Of a stretch of 64,000 bases of DNA, positions 20,840 through 33,508 are shown one piece after another. Where the stretch lies: NCBI GenBank assembly GCA_048013815.1, contig CM106586.1, positions 10,664,001-10,728,000 of the forward strand, written 5' to 3'. This stretch comes from Setoptus koraiensis. Lineage: Eukaryota; Animalia; Arthropoda. The notes beneath the pieces are model-generated. The model saw nothing but the letters and a program-made list of their open reading frames with translations. It searched no databases and was not told where the DNA came from. A program made the position numbers and the translations under genes. How positions within the stretch are numbered: position 1 is the first letter of the stretch; each line of letters starts with the position of its first letter.

Positions 20840-21205
20840 TTAAAAATCGCAATCGAGATCGGTCGCAGCCAAGAGAGAATTTTTCTTGGAGCTAACCCTC
20901 ATGTCATCATGATTCTTCGGAACCCTGAGGGGCGTTCGGTCAAAACTCGATGGAGATCTTGGGTCGCAATGTAAATTTACAAGATTTTTTGGTGTCTTTG
21001 CGCTGTCTTGATTGTTTGAAATTTTATCCATGCTGATCATGCTATCTTCAAATTTTTTACCATTGTCGCGTGAATAATCTTTTGAAGTTAGCTCGTCACT
21101 AGAGATGGAATCATATTCCAACGGTTTCTTATCCTCGCTCGAACAAGATGGGCCGTCGTTACCTCCAATGTATTTCTCATATAATCTCGTAATATTTTGT
21201 CCCAT
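20840..21205 (-). CDS. Small CDCA3/TOME-1-like protein
   Basis: 121 aa, low complexity, MG start, and DPRSP....RTPL motif characteristic of CDCA3 proteins. Confidence 0.5.
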   Translation of the reverse strand: MGQNITRLYEKYIGGNDGPSCSSEDKKPLEYDSISSDELTSKDYSRDNGKKFEDSMISMDKISNNQDSAKTPKNLVNLHCDPRSPSSFDRTPLRVPKNHDDMRVSSKKNSLLAATDLDCDF

Positions 21206-21713
21206 GTCTGTTCTTTTTGACCAGTTAGCTATCGATAATTGATTTGTTGAAATAGAGGAACGATCTTCATCGATTGAGGAATTAATAAATCGATAATCAC
21301 GTCTTTTAAGAGTGCAAAATTGACCAGTTGATCCATAACAACATCAACAACGACAACCGTTTTTCTGCGCGTGCTTATCCCCCTTTACACTGTAGCACAC
21401 ATAGAGCCGTGGTTTCAGCAGCTTCTCTGTTCAACACACATTTGGATCCTTCACGGTGTCCTTCAGATAACTAGGTATACTGTGAAGATGACCAATCATT
21501 TTATAAATAATTTCGACGTACAGTAAATGTAAAGAATTTATTGTTAATTGGTGTATAATTACAAATTATCTAACAAATTTACAAATTGTTCAACAACATC
21601 CACGACAGCTCTTGTAGAACGTTTGATCACATTAGATTCAGGCAGCTATTATTATTTAGATTGTAGCCTCCTCGATGAGTTCATTTACAATCAGTTGATC
21701 AAAATTTTGTTGA

Positions 21714-24700
21714 TCAAACGTTAGCTTGACCATTAGATATCATGGAGGTAAAGTTACTGTTAGGTTTAAGATCGATTATGCTAACTGCTTCACTTATGTC
21801 CATGTTATTGTTATCGTCTTCAGGCTTAACTTCGTGCGTTAAAATTTCTTGAGTGTTGTTCCTAACAAAAGGTTCATTTATTATAACTAATTGATTGGCC
21901 GAAATAACATCCTCTACCAATTCTCTTCTCTTCCCTGTATCGAATTGTTGCCTAGCTCTTTGCTTGTTCCTCAGATCATCCTCCTTGTTTGGTCTTTGTA
22001 TTAGCGGTTTCCGTTTTTGCGCATCGCCGGGTGCACTGAGCACGATTGTGGTATTTGTTGATCGACCGCTATAACTACCAATAGTAGTGCTCTTGCTGTT
22101 ATATGACCGATCTGTAATCTTTTTATGAGCTTGTTGATTGTAATGTGTGGCACTATTCCTAGCTCTATCTGCATTTTTGAGATTTCGAGTTGATCTCAAA
22201 CCTGGACAAAAGAGCAACATAAATGTTCTTCGATACTTCTGAGATAGAAAACTGTACAGAACAAAGTTTCCAGCAGCATTTACCGCCATTAGAAAGTTGA
22301 ATATATTTCCAAAGGCGAGTACCAGCGCATGCTCATTAGTATTAGGCTCTGGGGCATTGACGGAGGTATAAATGATCATGGCGGCCGAAGGTATTTGACA
22401 AACTAAAAATAATATTACCACAGCAATCAACATTATTGTTATCCGTCTTTCTTGTTTAGATGACGCCAGCGCTTGATTCTGCTGTTGCCTCTGTTGTTGA
22501 GCTGGACCTCTTGGATTATTCACAGGGCTCTTTGGAGTCGCAGCAGGAGATGAGTCCCTGGAACTGCACGAAATATTCGGCTTTTCCTTGAGTTCTAACT
22601 GATCCTTATCAGTGTTCTCGCTCACGGGTACACTATCCACATCGCAGTCAGCCTTGACGCCAAGTAAAGGTACCTGTTTACATGTGACTACAGAGCTAGA
22701 AGATTCGGAGTTTGAGACTTGAGGCGACAGATCTTTGAATTCGCGCTCAGTTGGTGAGATCAAGTTTTCTCTGACAGTTTTTTTCTGGAAATCGGGTTGT
22801 TGCAGCGCACTGAACACAACCTTGGTATCAGTGGCGTCATTTTCTGTATTTAAAGATTTCTCAGCATCTAAGTGTGGTACTGATTTTCTTTTTGAGATAG
22901 ATAGTCTCTGAAATACCTTCATCATGAAGTTCACTTTCACGTTCGGAATGAATTTAGTACCAATATAAGATTTGCCACTCTCAGGATTGGTGTTCCCGGT
23001 CGATAGAACTTCAAGGTGCGACTGCTGATCATCGAATTGTATAGATGACTTTTCCAACATCTCGGGAGGGTGTTTCGTATCATTGTGCAGTTCTTCACAG
23101 GAACAATTCGGTTGACCACCTGTGGTATCTGTGTGCGGTGTCTGATTATAAATACGGCCATGGTTGAGTTTTTTAGAAACTTTGCTCGGTTGATTAGTCA
23201 TCTTACTGCGCTGTTTTCGTGATTGATGCACAGATTTGATTAGATACCCATTGAAAAACATGAGTGATATGAAGGGAATGAAATAGAAAATCACAGCAGT
23301 TGACCAATAATAGCAGGTTTTGTAAGTTTCGTTTTCACCAAACTCGGAGTAGTCTAAAGCTAATGTTATTCCATCATCTAATGATGTATTGCTCCGTCCT
23401 GGATTGTTCAGATCATTAGTAGAATTATTATCATATTTCAAACTCGTCACTGCATCAGAATTTTGTCTATTACGGTTATCGTCAATTGTTTCAATAAAGT
23501 GGTCATGATTGCTTGCATCATGTTTAGAATCTTCTGGATTAATAGTTTTATTTAACACTGTTTGATCACGTGTATTCTCGTCGAAGAGACCAATATGTGG
23601 GCTTGATGCTGATAGTACTGACTGCATGACAGATGATTGAGCTATTGATTGAGATATGGCATTCTTGGCCTCAAGACTATAGTCAGATGAGTTTGTCAGC
23701 GACAAATCTGTCGTGGGTGGATAACCGGAAGAACCTTCAATCTCAAAAGTTGCCAGTGTCGTCATGTTTGCTAAAGTGATAGATCTCGATGTTGTCGTGG
23801 CCTCCGTGGCCGGTCTTCGCTCTACCACACGCCATTCAAAAGGCACAGGCGAAGCGAATGCTATTCCAAATATAAATACACCGGCTATGAGTGCCTTAGC
23901 TCGTGCTTCAGTGCACCAAACTTTTCCCTGAATTGGATAGCGAACAGCGATATAACGCTCAATAGTAAAAGTGACTGTCAACCATACTGATGTGTTGGAA
24001 CAGGAATCTGTGAGCATCATGAGGAATGGTTTCATAGCCCAATAAGCATGATATTTTTTGTTAGCCATGTTTGGGTAGTGAGATAAACCCAATACAAACG
24101 TCAACACCAAATAAAGCATGTCCACGAAAGCTAGAGCGGCTAAGTAAAGATTTGTTGTCGATCGCATACGCCGTCTTGTCATAATAATCATAGTGATAGA
24201 GTTACCAAATAGACCCACGATCATCAATATAGGAACAAGTACGCGTTGTATCCAGAATCTAGAACGATCCCTGAATGAGACATATAGTGGGTCGAGATTA
24301 TTTGCCGGGTCCTTAGACGGTTTGATAGAACTATTTGTGCTGGAGGACGAATTCTTTGCCTGGTCTGTATAGAGAGAATGGTTATTGGCTGATGTGTAGA
24401 TTCCTTCATTCTGGTCTGAGGCATCTTGGATAGAATCGCCAGTTTCTTTCTTTTTGTTGGCACTGAGATCATTGAGATTTTGTACCGTCTGATGCCTTCT
24501 CCGTCTACTTAGCGTCATCTCGCTTGAGTGAGGCGAAGTTATTGAGCTCATTTGTTCTAACTTTGTTTGTGAATGTGATCTCCTAGTTATGTAAGAGACT
24601 GATTGAGTATTATCTATCTCGGCCTCTTGTTTGTGAGTCGTCTGACTAGGGATTTGATATTCTATGAACTTTTGAGGGTAACTATTTTCACTCGAAACAT

Positions 24701-25832
24701 TGATCGATTGATTTTTTGATTGGATGTTACTCTTCAAAGGCAGTAAGCTAGGCACTTGACTTGCACTATCTGAACGGTTACCTGAGTCTTCTAATGGATC
24801 TGCTAAGTTAAATCGTTCGCTCAAATCAGTAGCACTTATAATAAAACCATTTGGCATAACTAAATGAGTGAGGCTCACTGGAAAATTCTTATCACTTTGA
24901 GATCTACTTTTGGTCTGAAAAATCGAGTGTCTTCCATGATAGGAAATACTTGGTGACGGTGTTTCAGGTCTTGATTTATTTTGTATCTTTTTAATTGTGG
25001 TGGGAAGATAGATTGAATTGTGTAATAAATTATCGCTTGAATGAGAGTGTTGTTGAAGTGATTCTTCCATTTTAGCTGGCGAACCTGAAACGGATTTCCT
25101 ATTTAATACTGATGAAATACTTTGATCCGATGAACTTGCTAATGACGCGAAGTTATTTTGGTCATAGCTAAACGGCACATCATTAGGAAAGTACCTTGTT
25201 GAGCTACTAAAGAAACGAGGTAGACGCCGATTGAACTCATGTTGTGCATTGTTTCCATATTCAATATGGTTTTTTGAGGGTTGATTATGTCTAATAGTCG
25301 ATGGATCATTTTGATGATGGTATTTTTTTCTCTTTGATGTTGATAGGTTTGATTTATAATCATTTTTGAATGATTCAATGATGCCTTTAATATGGAAATG
25401 CCGATGTTTAGATAATCTAACGGAATCTTGAGGAAGGGCTTGACATTCAATCAATAGTATGGAAAAGATAAATATGAGCACCAACAATAGTGCAATGATT
25501 TTTAATTTAAGGGAGCTTGATATTACTGTTGCACATTCTCTGGGGGCGCTCTTTTCTTCATTTATACAATAAATAGTTCTATTTATTGTATTGAGATCAC
25601 AAAAGGTGTTGCACGATAGTTGTTTGTTTTTTAAGTTAGCTGTCTCATGAGTTGGTTGTAGGCACAAATGAGAAACTACTTCCTCTTTCACTTTTGAAGA
25701 CTTTTGTTTGCGTTGCTTGTGTAGGAATACGAATATTCTATTTGATATCATCTCGATGAATGGATTGATGGTCCCTATAGTGGACTTCATCAGCATGCAA
25801 TTGGCTTTCACACTGCTGTGATAGATATCCAT
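21714..25832 (-). CDS. Class A neuropeptide GPCR, proctolin/FMRFamide/myosuppressin receptor-like, with very large N-terminus and loops; true start uncertain
   Basis: FWIQRVL.P.....GL.GN......TRRRMR.TTN.YL.ALA..D, SNTSVWLTV.FT.ERYIAV.YP...CT...AK, R.T.MLIAVV..FLVCQ.P, N..L..VNAA.NF.LY......YR.T. Confidence 0.9.
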   Translation of the reverse strand: MDIYHSSVKANCMLMKSTIGTINPFIEMISNRIFVFLHKQRKQKSSKVKEEVVSHLCLQPTHETANLKNKQLSCNTFCDLNTINRTIYCINEEKSAPRECATVISSSLKLKIIALLLVLIFIFSILLIECQALPQDSVRLSKHRHFHIKGIIESFKNDYKSNLSTSKRKKYHHQNDPSTIRHNQPSKNHIEYGNNAQHEFNRRLPRFFSSSTRYFPNDVPFSYDQNNFASLASSSDQSISSVLNRKSVSGSPAKMEESLQQHSHSSDNLLHNSIYLPTTIKKIQNKSRPETPSPSISYHGRHSIFQTKSRSQSDKNFPVSLTHLVMPNGFIISATDLSERFNLADPLEDSGNRSDSASQVPSLLPLKSNIQSKNQSINVSSENSYPQKFIEYQIPSQTTHKQEAEIDNTQSVSYITRRSHSQTKLEQMSSITSPHSSEMTLSRRRRHQTVQNLNDLSANKKKETGDSIQDASDQNEGIYTSANNHSLYTDQAKNSSSSTNSSIKPSKDPANNLDPLYVSFRDRSRFWIQRVLVPILMIVGLFGNSITMIIMTRRRMRSTTNLYLAALAFVDMLYLVLTFVLGLSHYPNMANKKYHAYWAMKPFLMMLTDSCSNTSVWLTVTFTIERYIAVRYPIQGKVWCTEARAKALIAGVFIFGIAFASPVPFEWRVVERRPATEATTTSRSITLANMTTLATFEIEGSSGYPPTTDLSLTNSSDYSLEAKNAISQSIAQSSVMQSVLSASSPHIGLFDENTRDQTVLNKTINPEDSKHDASNHDHFIETIDDNRNRQNSDAVTSLKYDNNSTNDLNNPGRSNTSLDDGITLALDYSEFGENETYKTCYYWSTAVIFYFIPFISLMFFNGYLIKSVHQSRKQRSKMTNQPSKVSKKLNHGRIYNQTPHTDTTGGQPNCSCEELHNDTKHPPEMLEKSSIQFDDQQSHLEVLSTGNTNPESGKSYIGTKFIPNVKVNFMMKVFQRLSISKRKSVPHLDAEKSLNTENDATDTKVVFSALQQPDFQKKTVRENLISPTEREFKDLSPQVSNSESSSSVVTCKQVPLLGVKADCDVDSVPVSENTDKDQLELKEKPNISCSSRDSSPAATPKSPVNNPRGPAQQQRQQQNQALASSKQERRITIMLIAVVILFLVCQIPSAAMIIYTSVNAPEPNTNEHALVLAFGNIFNFLMAVNAAGNFVLYSFLSQKYRRTFMLLFCPGLRSTRNLKNADRARNSATHYNQQAHKKITDRSYNSKSTTIGSYSGRSTNTTIVLSAPGDAQKRKPLIQRPNKEDDLRNKQRARQQFDTGKRRELVEDVISANQLVIINEPFVRNNTQEILTHEVKPEDDNNNMDISEAVSIIDLKPNSNFTSMISNGQANV

Positions 25833-26440
25833 ATATTACAATGTCATCATGGATAGACATGAAATAGACAATGAATGATTTATGACACGGTGTTAAGAGA
25901 GTGCGCATATCATATTGAGATGATACACATATTATGAAACAATCAATCAGTTTGAGGCTCAAATAAGTAGCCTTGTTGAATCCACACCTAAACGGTGTTT
26001 ATGTGTATGGCTTTGACGAAGGAAGATTTTGACAACCGGTTGAATGTGATAGTTATGGTACAAGCAGTTGTTCCATGATTGCGTGTGCATGATAGTGGCA
26101 ACAGTTGTTGTGATGATGAGAGTTCAAATTCATTATAGGTAGAATATTCAAAAGTTGTTTGTTTGTAACAGCAAAGATGTTTGTCTCTTCTTTTGTTGTT
26201 TCAAAGTCATTGATGATTTTCCTTGTTGCTGATGAATAGTTTGATTAGCGATGTGTGACGTCACTTGTAGCAATCGGAGGTGTATGAAATGAGTTGACTG
26301 ACGCCAAAGGTTAGGGTACCCTGTATTGCACAAGGCCCAATGTTGCAACATACAATTGCTTTGTTTGCTAGATATGGTTGTTGTGGTTGTTTAACGCCTA
26401 ATTGATTGCTAATCTCGATTGTTGTTGATGGTGATAGTGA

Positions 26441-26533
<93 letters not shown>

Positions 26534-26542
26534 CGTTGTTGT
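26441..26542. repeat. (GTT/AAC)n microsatellite, 31 perfect units plus a short interrupted tail
   Basis: Read directly from the sequence; marks the left edge of the GC-rich island. Confidence 0.98.
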
Positions 26543-29500
26543 GCTACTGTGGCCGCCTATGTGTGCATTTCTGATGAGTTGAGTTCACAATGAGTACATC
26601 CAAACTAGATGAGCTATTTCTTTGCTGGCTCGATGGCAAGCACAGATATGATAGTAGCGGCTTACGAGAGATAGAGCCTCATTTTGTATTCGTTGGCTTG
26701 ATTTGCTCTCGACAGAATGTTGCCTCCCTCTTTGTTTGTGTGAGTGTGTGTGAGCGTTACGTATTCCATCTACGAGCTGCAATGATGATGAAATGACTAA
26801 TTGGTCTGGTCGATGATGATAGCAATGATCGTCAGCAGCGGCAACATTGATGTTGATACTTTTGTGTGTAAATATTGTAAATATTGTCAATATTGCTCTC
26901 GCTCTATTGTAAATATGTTTTTGGGGATTTTTAAGTTCGCCCAGTTGTCATTCTAGCAATTCAACTACCGGCTAATTAGGTAGTTGAACTCATTTGGTCT
27001 TGTGTCGAGACTCACAGGTGCCGAGTAACACGGAGAAACGTTTGTCCTGGTGTCTATGAATCACAGACTATGATCGCCCTTGCTGCCTGGCCGTTGTGTC
27101 CGAACAAAACCATTTGTTGCAATATCGCTGCCTGTGATTTGTGAGGAATGTGATTTATTGCGAATGAACAAAATAATTAATTAGTTAGTTGTGATGTCAT
27201 CGAGTCTATGCAAGAGGCTAATTAGTCGACAAATTTAAATTATTAGTTCACTTGTTTGGTTATTTTACTCTCTGATACTGTTGCATGCATATTAAATTTG
27301 CAAACGAGGATATGATTAACGAAATGATTGCGATGAAATCCCGACGAAAGCGAATTGTTGTCGAATGGCTCTCTAGTGTGACCAATAGTTCTATTGCTCG
27401 GGTGCCCGCGCCCCATTGTCTGCCTCAGGCTTGCTCCAGTACAAAATGCTGAATGATAGAATGAAATGACACAATTCTATTTTTTGATAAAAATCATTGT
27501 TCCGCCATCTTTGTTCTCCAGATTTTACGCACACACACGCACACTCTATTGTTCTAGCATTGTGAGTGGCGCTGGCTGCGGTTATCGCTATTATGGTCGC
27601 ACCACGGCACACTGTTCACCAGTTGCAGATCTATAACTCGTTAGTTACATGAACATGGTATTCTCAAGTGGCGCAATTATAGTACTGCTAGCTGGCCGCA
27701 CACAATGAGCAAGCGAGTGTGAATGTGTCAAATGTGCACAGGCACGCACACACCATGGGCATCGAACTTTTGCAATCAATCGCAATCCGTTGCGCCAGTG
27801 CGCGCTCGCCCCCTCCCCGCCCCCCTGCTGCCCAGCACCAGCCCCAATGACGATGACGAGAGAGAATTCTCATGGCTCTGAAACGATTCAATGGCAGCCG
27901 TAGAACTAATGCGTGAGCATGCCGTGCTGACAATGGCCGGGGCGCATCCATTGTTTGAACTTGAAAAGTGGCGCGAATCTTGCCAACTTGACTCATCACT
28001 GGCCCCAACTTGCTGTCTCGGCGGAAGCCGCGGCCATGCCTGATGAGGACTTTTGATTGGTCGCAGCCAGTAGTCATTTTCATTGACAACCGGCGACATA
28101 CGAATCGCTACATAGAATAGCTGTTGCGTCATCGATAACAAGAGTCGCTGTCACCTCAGTATCCGGCTGAGATTTCGTTGCTGCTGTTTTGGTGACACCT
28201 CAAAGCGAATGTTACGCAAACATTTCAGCGCGTTGCGGCCGGGCACCATTTATGCCACACTTATGCGGAAATATGATGCATATATTGATGGTATGACGAC
28301 ATGGTAGTGATCAGCTCGGCGAGCGATGATTAATAGACTGACGTTCAACTGGCTGACGATCGAGCGCAAATTCACAAGTCTTTCGTGGTTGTTGTCGGCA
28401 TCGATCTCTGGATGCGACACGCCGACCAGCATTCGCAAATTCTTTTGGGTGGGAGCTTTCGCACGTCATCGTGCCGTGTACTTTTTTCGGCCAGCACGAG
28501 CTGATCGTGACGATACCCTGATATCTGGTAGCAACGGGCAAAAGCCAAGCCACAAACAAGGTGGAGCCTGCAAACAGCTCGCTGAGCGGCATTATATGGC
28601 CCGGGCCCGGGCTCGGGCCGGTCACGCTGTTGGCCTGGCGATGATGGGCAATGTTTGCATTGTTGCGCCAATTAGTCCAGCCAACCAGTCTAGCTAACTC
28701 GGCAGCAACAGCGAGAGAGAGCGAGAGAGAGAGAGAGAGGGGGACTCATCGATCAAGCGTAACATTGGCGCAAAGACAAACGAATTGCGATGAGGCCCGG
28801 CTTGACATAAATTAAGTTTGCGGGGCCGCGCCAGCACACACATGCAAGCTCTAATTGGGTGTTCCTACTAATTTGTTTGTGTGTCAATTGATTGCGCTAT
28901 TATCGCTCTGGCTCGCAAAATAAGTCGCGACACCTTGGGCCTCGATTATGTGATTTATCTCGTTGACGCAATGCGATTGTGATGTGTGTGTGTGCGAGAC
29001 ACTTTACAATAATGGTGGGCTCGATATGCCAGTTCAAAGGCCGGCGTGTGTGTGTGTGTGTGTATGGAGCCGTCGTGCTACCAAGTTCAAGCAACTAAGA
29101 GTCATTATTGTCAATCAGATCACCATTTGCTGCATCCTCTGTGTGTCTTACTTTTGGAATTCTTTCGCACTCATGCACTTGTTTACTCCATTGCACTGTC
29201 TGGCGTGGGTTCAAGTGGATTATGTGAGCGATAGCTTACACGAAATCCTCTTACCTTGCGCATTGATGCGCCTGTGAGGGGCCCCCGAGATTTGCGATGT
29301 ATGTGTGTGTGTGTGTTGGTAGGCTTAGGCTTTGCGAGCTAGAAGTCATTAGAGATGACACACAAAACGATAAGTTGCGCTCTCATGTTAATGGCGTTAT
29401 CCGTCATCCGTCATCATTATTAGCTGGTGTACATACAATAATAAGAGTTTTGTGGTGCGCGTCATCACACATGCCCGCCATACTAATATAAATATAAATA

Positions 29501-32500
29501 CAAAGTAAAGCAATGTGATGGTATAATCAAATCAATCTGCGCTGCCTGTTCTCTCGCATGCCCGTCCCGGCTCAAGCGCAGCAGCTTGCAGCAAACAATG
29601 GGCTAGCCGAATATGTCGCGCAATGGTGGATAGCTGCCACTTTGGAACGGTCTTAACTGTCACAAGCGAACAGCTACTGACTGATAAGCTGAACAACAAC
29701 AACAACAACAAGCGAGCAAAGCCAGCCCAAGCGGCAGCGCCAGCGGTCTTGCCAGCTCCCATGGCAAGACCGACTTTTGTTTGTTTGTTTGTTCGCTTGC
29801 TCATGTTTGTGCGTGTGTGTGTGTGTGAGTGATATCCAGATAGATGGTCCAATAATAGCAGCAATATGGCGAAAACAAGCCATCGCAGCAGCCAGCTAAA
29901 TATAGATTGTGGCGATGGCCGTTTTGCAATCTGTGCTGCTATCAGTTTGTTTCATTGATTGCTATCTTGTGCAGCGCGGGCGCGTGAGCACGATCCGGCC
30001 ATCGGATCGCTCTCGATTACATGACACAGTTATGTAACGGTTGCGCAACGGTTACGGCCGCTGGCATAACTTGCGCCGGACTGCATGCAGCCTGTCAGCC
30101 AGCGCCAAGTTGTGGCGCCGCGTATGGTCGGCGTATCACGTGACGTTCGCCGGTGCGTGCCGTGCGATAAATAGATCATCGTTTCGCTTGTTGCTGTACC
30201 TCGCTATCATCATGATGTAGTTGCCACAAGGTACAGGCCCCCCCCTCTCCCCACGAGGCGGCTCGGTGTTCGCGCTCGCTTGCACCGCTAATTATTGCCC
30301 CGCTGCTAATTAGCACCGCGATGGATGTGCAGCGTAATTGTTATAATACTAATAGTGTTTGCGCCGATTCATTGTTGCCCGTTCGATTGTTGGTGTGCCG
30401 GCCATCGAGCTTGATGGACCGATCGGCGTATTGTGGCCGCCATTCGCAACGGGCCCGGCCGAAATTTGGCCGTTTTTGACTCACAATGACACAGCTCGAC
30501 AACAATGATGTGACAGACAGCCTGAATGGCCAATGAGACTCGATATCCATTTGATAGCGTCGTCGTACTGCCGACACCGAGGCCGCCAATTCGCTCATGC
30601 AGCGGCCAGGAAACGAGCTGGCGCCTGATGAACTAAACTCGCACTTGACAACTGGGCGCAACCCGAGCCCTCTGGCGCTCGTTGCAGTTGTCCGCCGGAG
30701 CTTCATGCTGGCCCATTCAGCCCCGTTCAGCCTCGTCGATAATTGATTGTTACAGGTAGCCAGGCCTCATAGCGGCACGCACACACACACACACACACCG
30801 GCCAGGTACACGATAATAATGCGCACCGGAAATACTCCATAATACATCTATCGTCAATATAATGATGATGATTCAGTCGGGCGAGCGCATTGAATTGAAT
30901 TGGACGCAACGCGCACAACGGACATTGTGTGCAATTGGGTAATGGGTCGCCGCTGGTTTAACTCGCTCGCCCGTCTGTCCATGTTTTGATCTATTGTGAG
31001 CTTGGCATATGCTGCTGTTGGCTGTCGGCTAAGCCCCGTGAGCGGGTGAGCAGCGACAGCCAGCCAGGGCGACTGGAGCGGGGCGCAGGGAGCTTTGGGC
31101 GGGCGGCCAGTGCCAAAGCCGACAGGATAAAGAGGAGAGAAGATTGCCGGAGACGGCCGGCAAATATCCAGCGGACTGCATGCGCGCACAAAGGCTGGAT
31201 CGCTCTCTCTCTCTGGCTGGCCAGTTGAGCCCTAACTTGATTAATGACTCTTCAGCGTCAACCTATTGAGTGCACGTCAACGCTCGAGCCCCCAGTCGCG
31301 GGAACGGGTGTAAAAGTAGCGACCATTGTGAGGAATTATATTGCGATTCTCGCCAATCTGCCCGCCAGGTCCGACACGGCCCGCGGCTCGCCGATGCGGC
31401 CAGCTCCGTGCAAACGAGCATCGATGCCAACCAGCATCTGCACGGGCACATATGCGCATATGCATTGTGTGCCGCGGTGAGCGGCGAGTCCGGCGTCCGA
31501 TGCACAGGGGGGCCGGCGGGGCCCCGTCGAAATTCGCAGTTCCAGTGAGCGGTGCCCGACAATTGCGCGGTGGTCATCGCGCACTGCTGCACTCACTGCG
31601 ATGATTTTTCGATCGGTGGGCCGCCGCTGAGGCCGGCGCCAATTAAAATTAGCTCGAGCATGCAGATTTTGTTGCGAGTTTGTTTCAGTTTTTTGGTTTT
31701 TTGCAGTTTGAGCTGTGCGCGGCCAAACTGCGGGCGCGATCTACGCGAGGTGCGCCAGATGGTGGCCCGTCTGTTAACACTGTCGGCCCGGCCAGCCAGT
31801 GTGGCGCCTTCGTCCGGGCGCACACTGTTGGGGCGACACTGTTAGCGCGACACTGGCGCCCGGCGTTGGCCGGCACGGCCCAAAGTTGGGGCCCGAGCGA
31901 GTTGATCGCTCACTCGAGCATAATGCTGACTGGCCAGCGGGCCCGAACACTGGCGCTAAACGTGACTAATTGTTTGCTTTATGCGCCCGGCGCGCAGTTA
32001 TAAGTCACCAGTCACCAGTCGCTCATCGAATCGAGTGAGCTGGGGCGCAACAGCGCCCGACCGGTTGACTTGTTCTAGTTGACCGGCGCGCTTCCGGCCC
32101 TGGCGGCGGCGTCTTGGCGTGCGTCGCTCAAACCGTTGCAATCTGTTTGATGGCTGTTTGTTGCTGTCGGGCGGTGCCGTTTGCGAACGGAGCGGCCGCT
32201 CAACGGCCGCTGGCCGGCCTGCCGGCCGGCCAGATGGGCGCCGGGCCGATCGTCTCGGCACCATTCTATCATCGTGAATTATAAGTGATGTGCTGATACT
32301 GCGGCGCACTGTCGAAGCGGCACGCAAGTTGCATCGTTGCGTTTGCGTTGGTCGCGAGCCGGCCCGTCAGCCGGCCAGCGAGCCGGCCCGTGGCCAGTCA
32401 GCGGGCCAGTCAGCGGGCCAGTGAGGCAAGAGGCCCGAAATTGCGAGTGACACGAGCTCGTCTCGCTCGTGACAACTTATCCGGATTGGAGGAACGAGTT

Positions 32501-33432
32501 GCCAGAGGAAGTGGGCCATTGTCCGGCGCGCGCCAAACGCAGCCAAACGGGGCCAAACGGAGCCAAGCGGGGCCAAATGGAACGAGCGACAAATTGGCCG
32601 CCGACCGCCGAGGGTTCGGGGCCCGGGGGCCCCGGGGCGGGCGAGCGAGCGCGACCATTTGCGGGCCGGCGTGCAATCAAATCGCTGGATGGATTGCTCG
32701 AGTCGCCCGTCCCATGCCAGAGCATGCCCGTCTGGTATGCACACTGGCGGAGTTTGGACACTGGCCGAGTGGGGGGGCTCTGTCAGCAACACTCCGCCAG
32801 TGTGCATATCGGATTGAGATGGCCAGGCCAGCAGGGCAGCCAAAACGACGGGCGACGCACGGGCCCACATTATATGTATATTATGTCATGGCGGGGGCGC
32901 TCGTGTCATAATGCGCCCCGAAAAAATATGCGCAGTGTAATATCGGCCGTGTTGAGAGCCGCAATAAAAGTCAACTTTTGCAACACGAAGAGCAATTCTC
33001 CCCCCGTTGCACAAGTTGAGGGTCTCATGACACATAAATGCTGACTGTTGGTTTGCAAAATAAGAAATAAGAATTGCCGTTGTTTTAAATTCAACAGCAA
33101 CAACATGAATAATGATGAGCGTAAGTTACATAATATCAGCAGCCTGCGACTGGCTCCAGTGGATTAATGGACTCGAACGCTGTGTGTGCAAACGAACAAT
33201 CTGCAGCAATCTGTCATGAAAACATGGGTGTAATAGCCGATAAATTGGCAACATTTAACAGATGCAGTGGCGCACCGTTAACGAGCGCCAGCTCAATCGA
33301 AAAAGAGCGAGCTTTTAAAGCTAACTATGTCTGCTGAGGGTGCCAATGCGAGCGCCACAAGCGTCGACAATTGCTGTCGCTGTCGCAAACGGAGCCAGCT
33401 TGCCAATTGCGTAATAAGTGGCGAAAGGGCAC

Positions 33433-33508
33433 AGTGCGACCAAATTGAGCGCTTACTGTGAACAGTGCGAAACAAAAGTTCACAGCAAGCGTTCAATTTG
33501 GTCGCGCT
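33433..33508 (+). ncRNA. Candidate pre-miRNA-like hairpin (31-bp stem, 14-nt loop)
   Basis: Arms 33433-33463 and 33478-33508 pair at 28 Watson-Crick positions, with 2 G.U wobbles and 1 A.C mismatch on the + strand. Confidence 0.4.

Noticed and set aside
26441-26542. Poly-Gln/Asn/Thr coding exon from the (CAA)n tract
   Set aside because: All three minus-strand frames are bounded by nearby stops and have no ATG; treated as a microsatellite.
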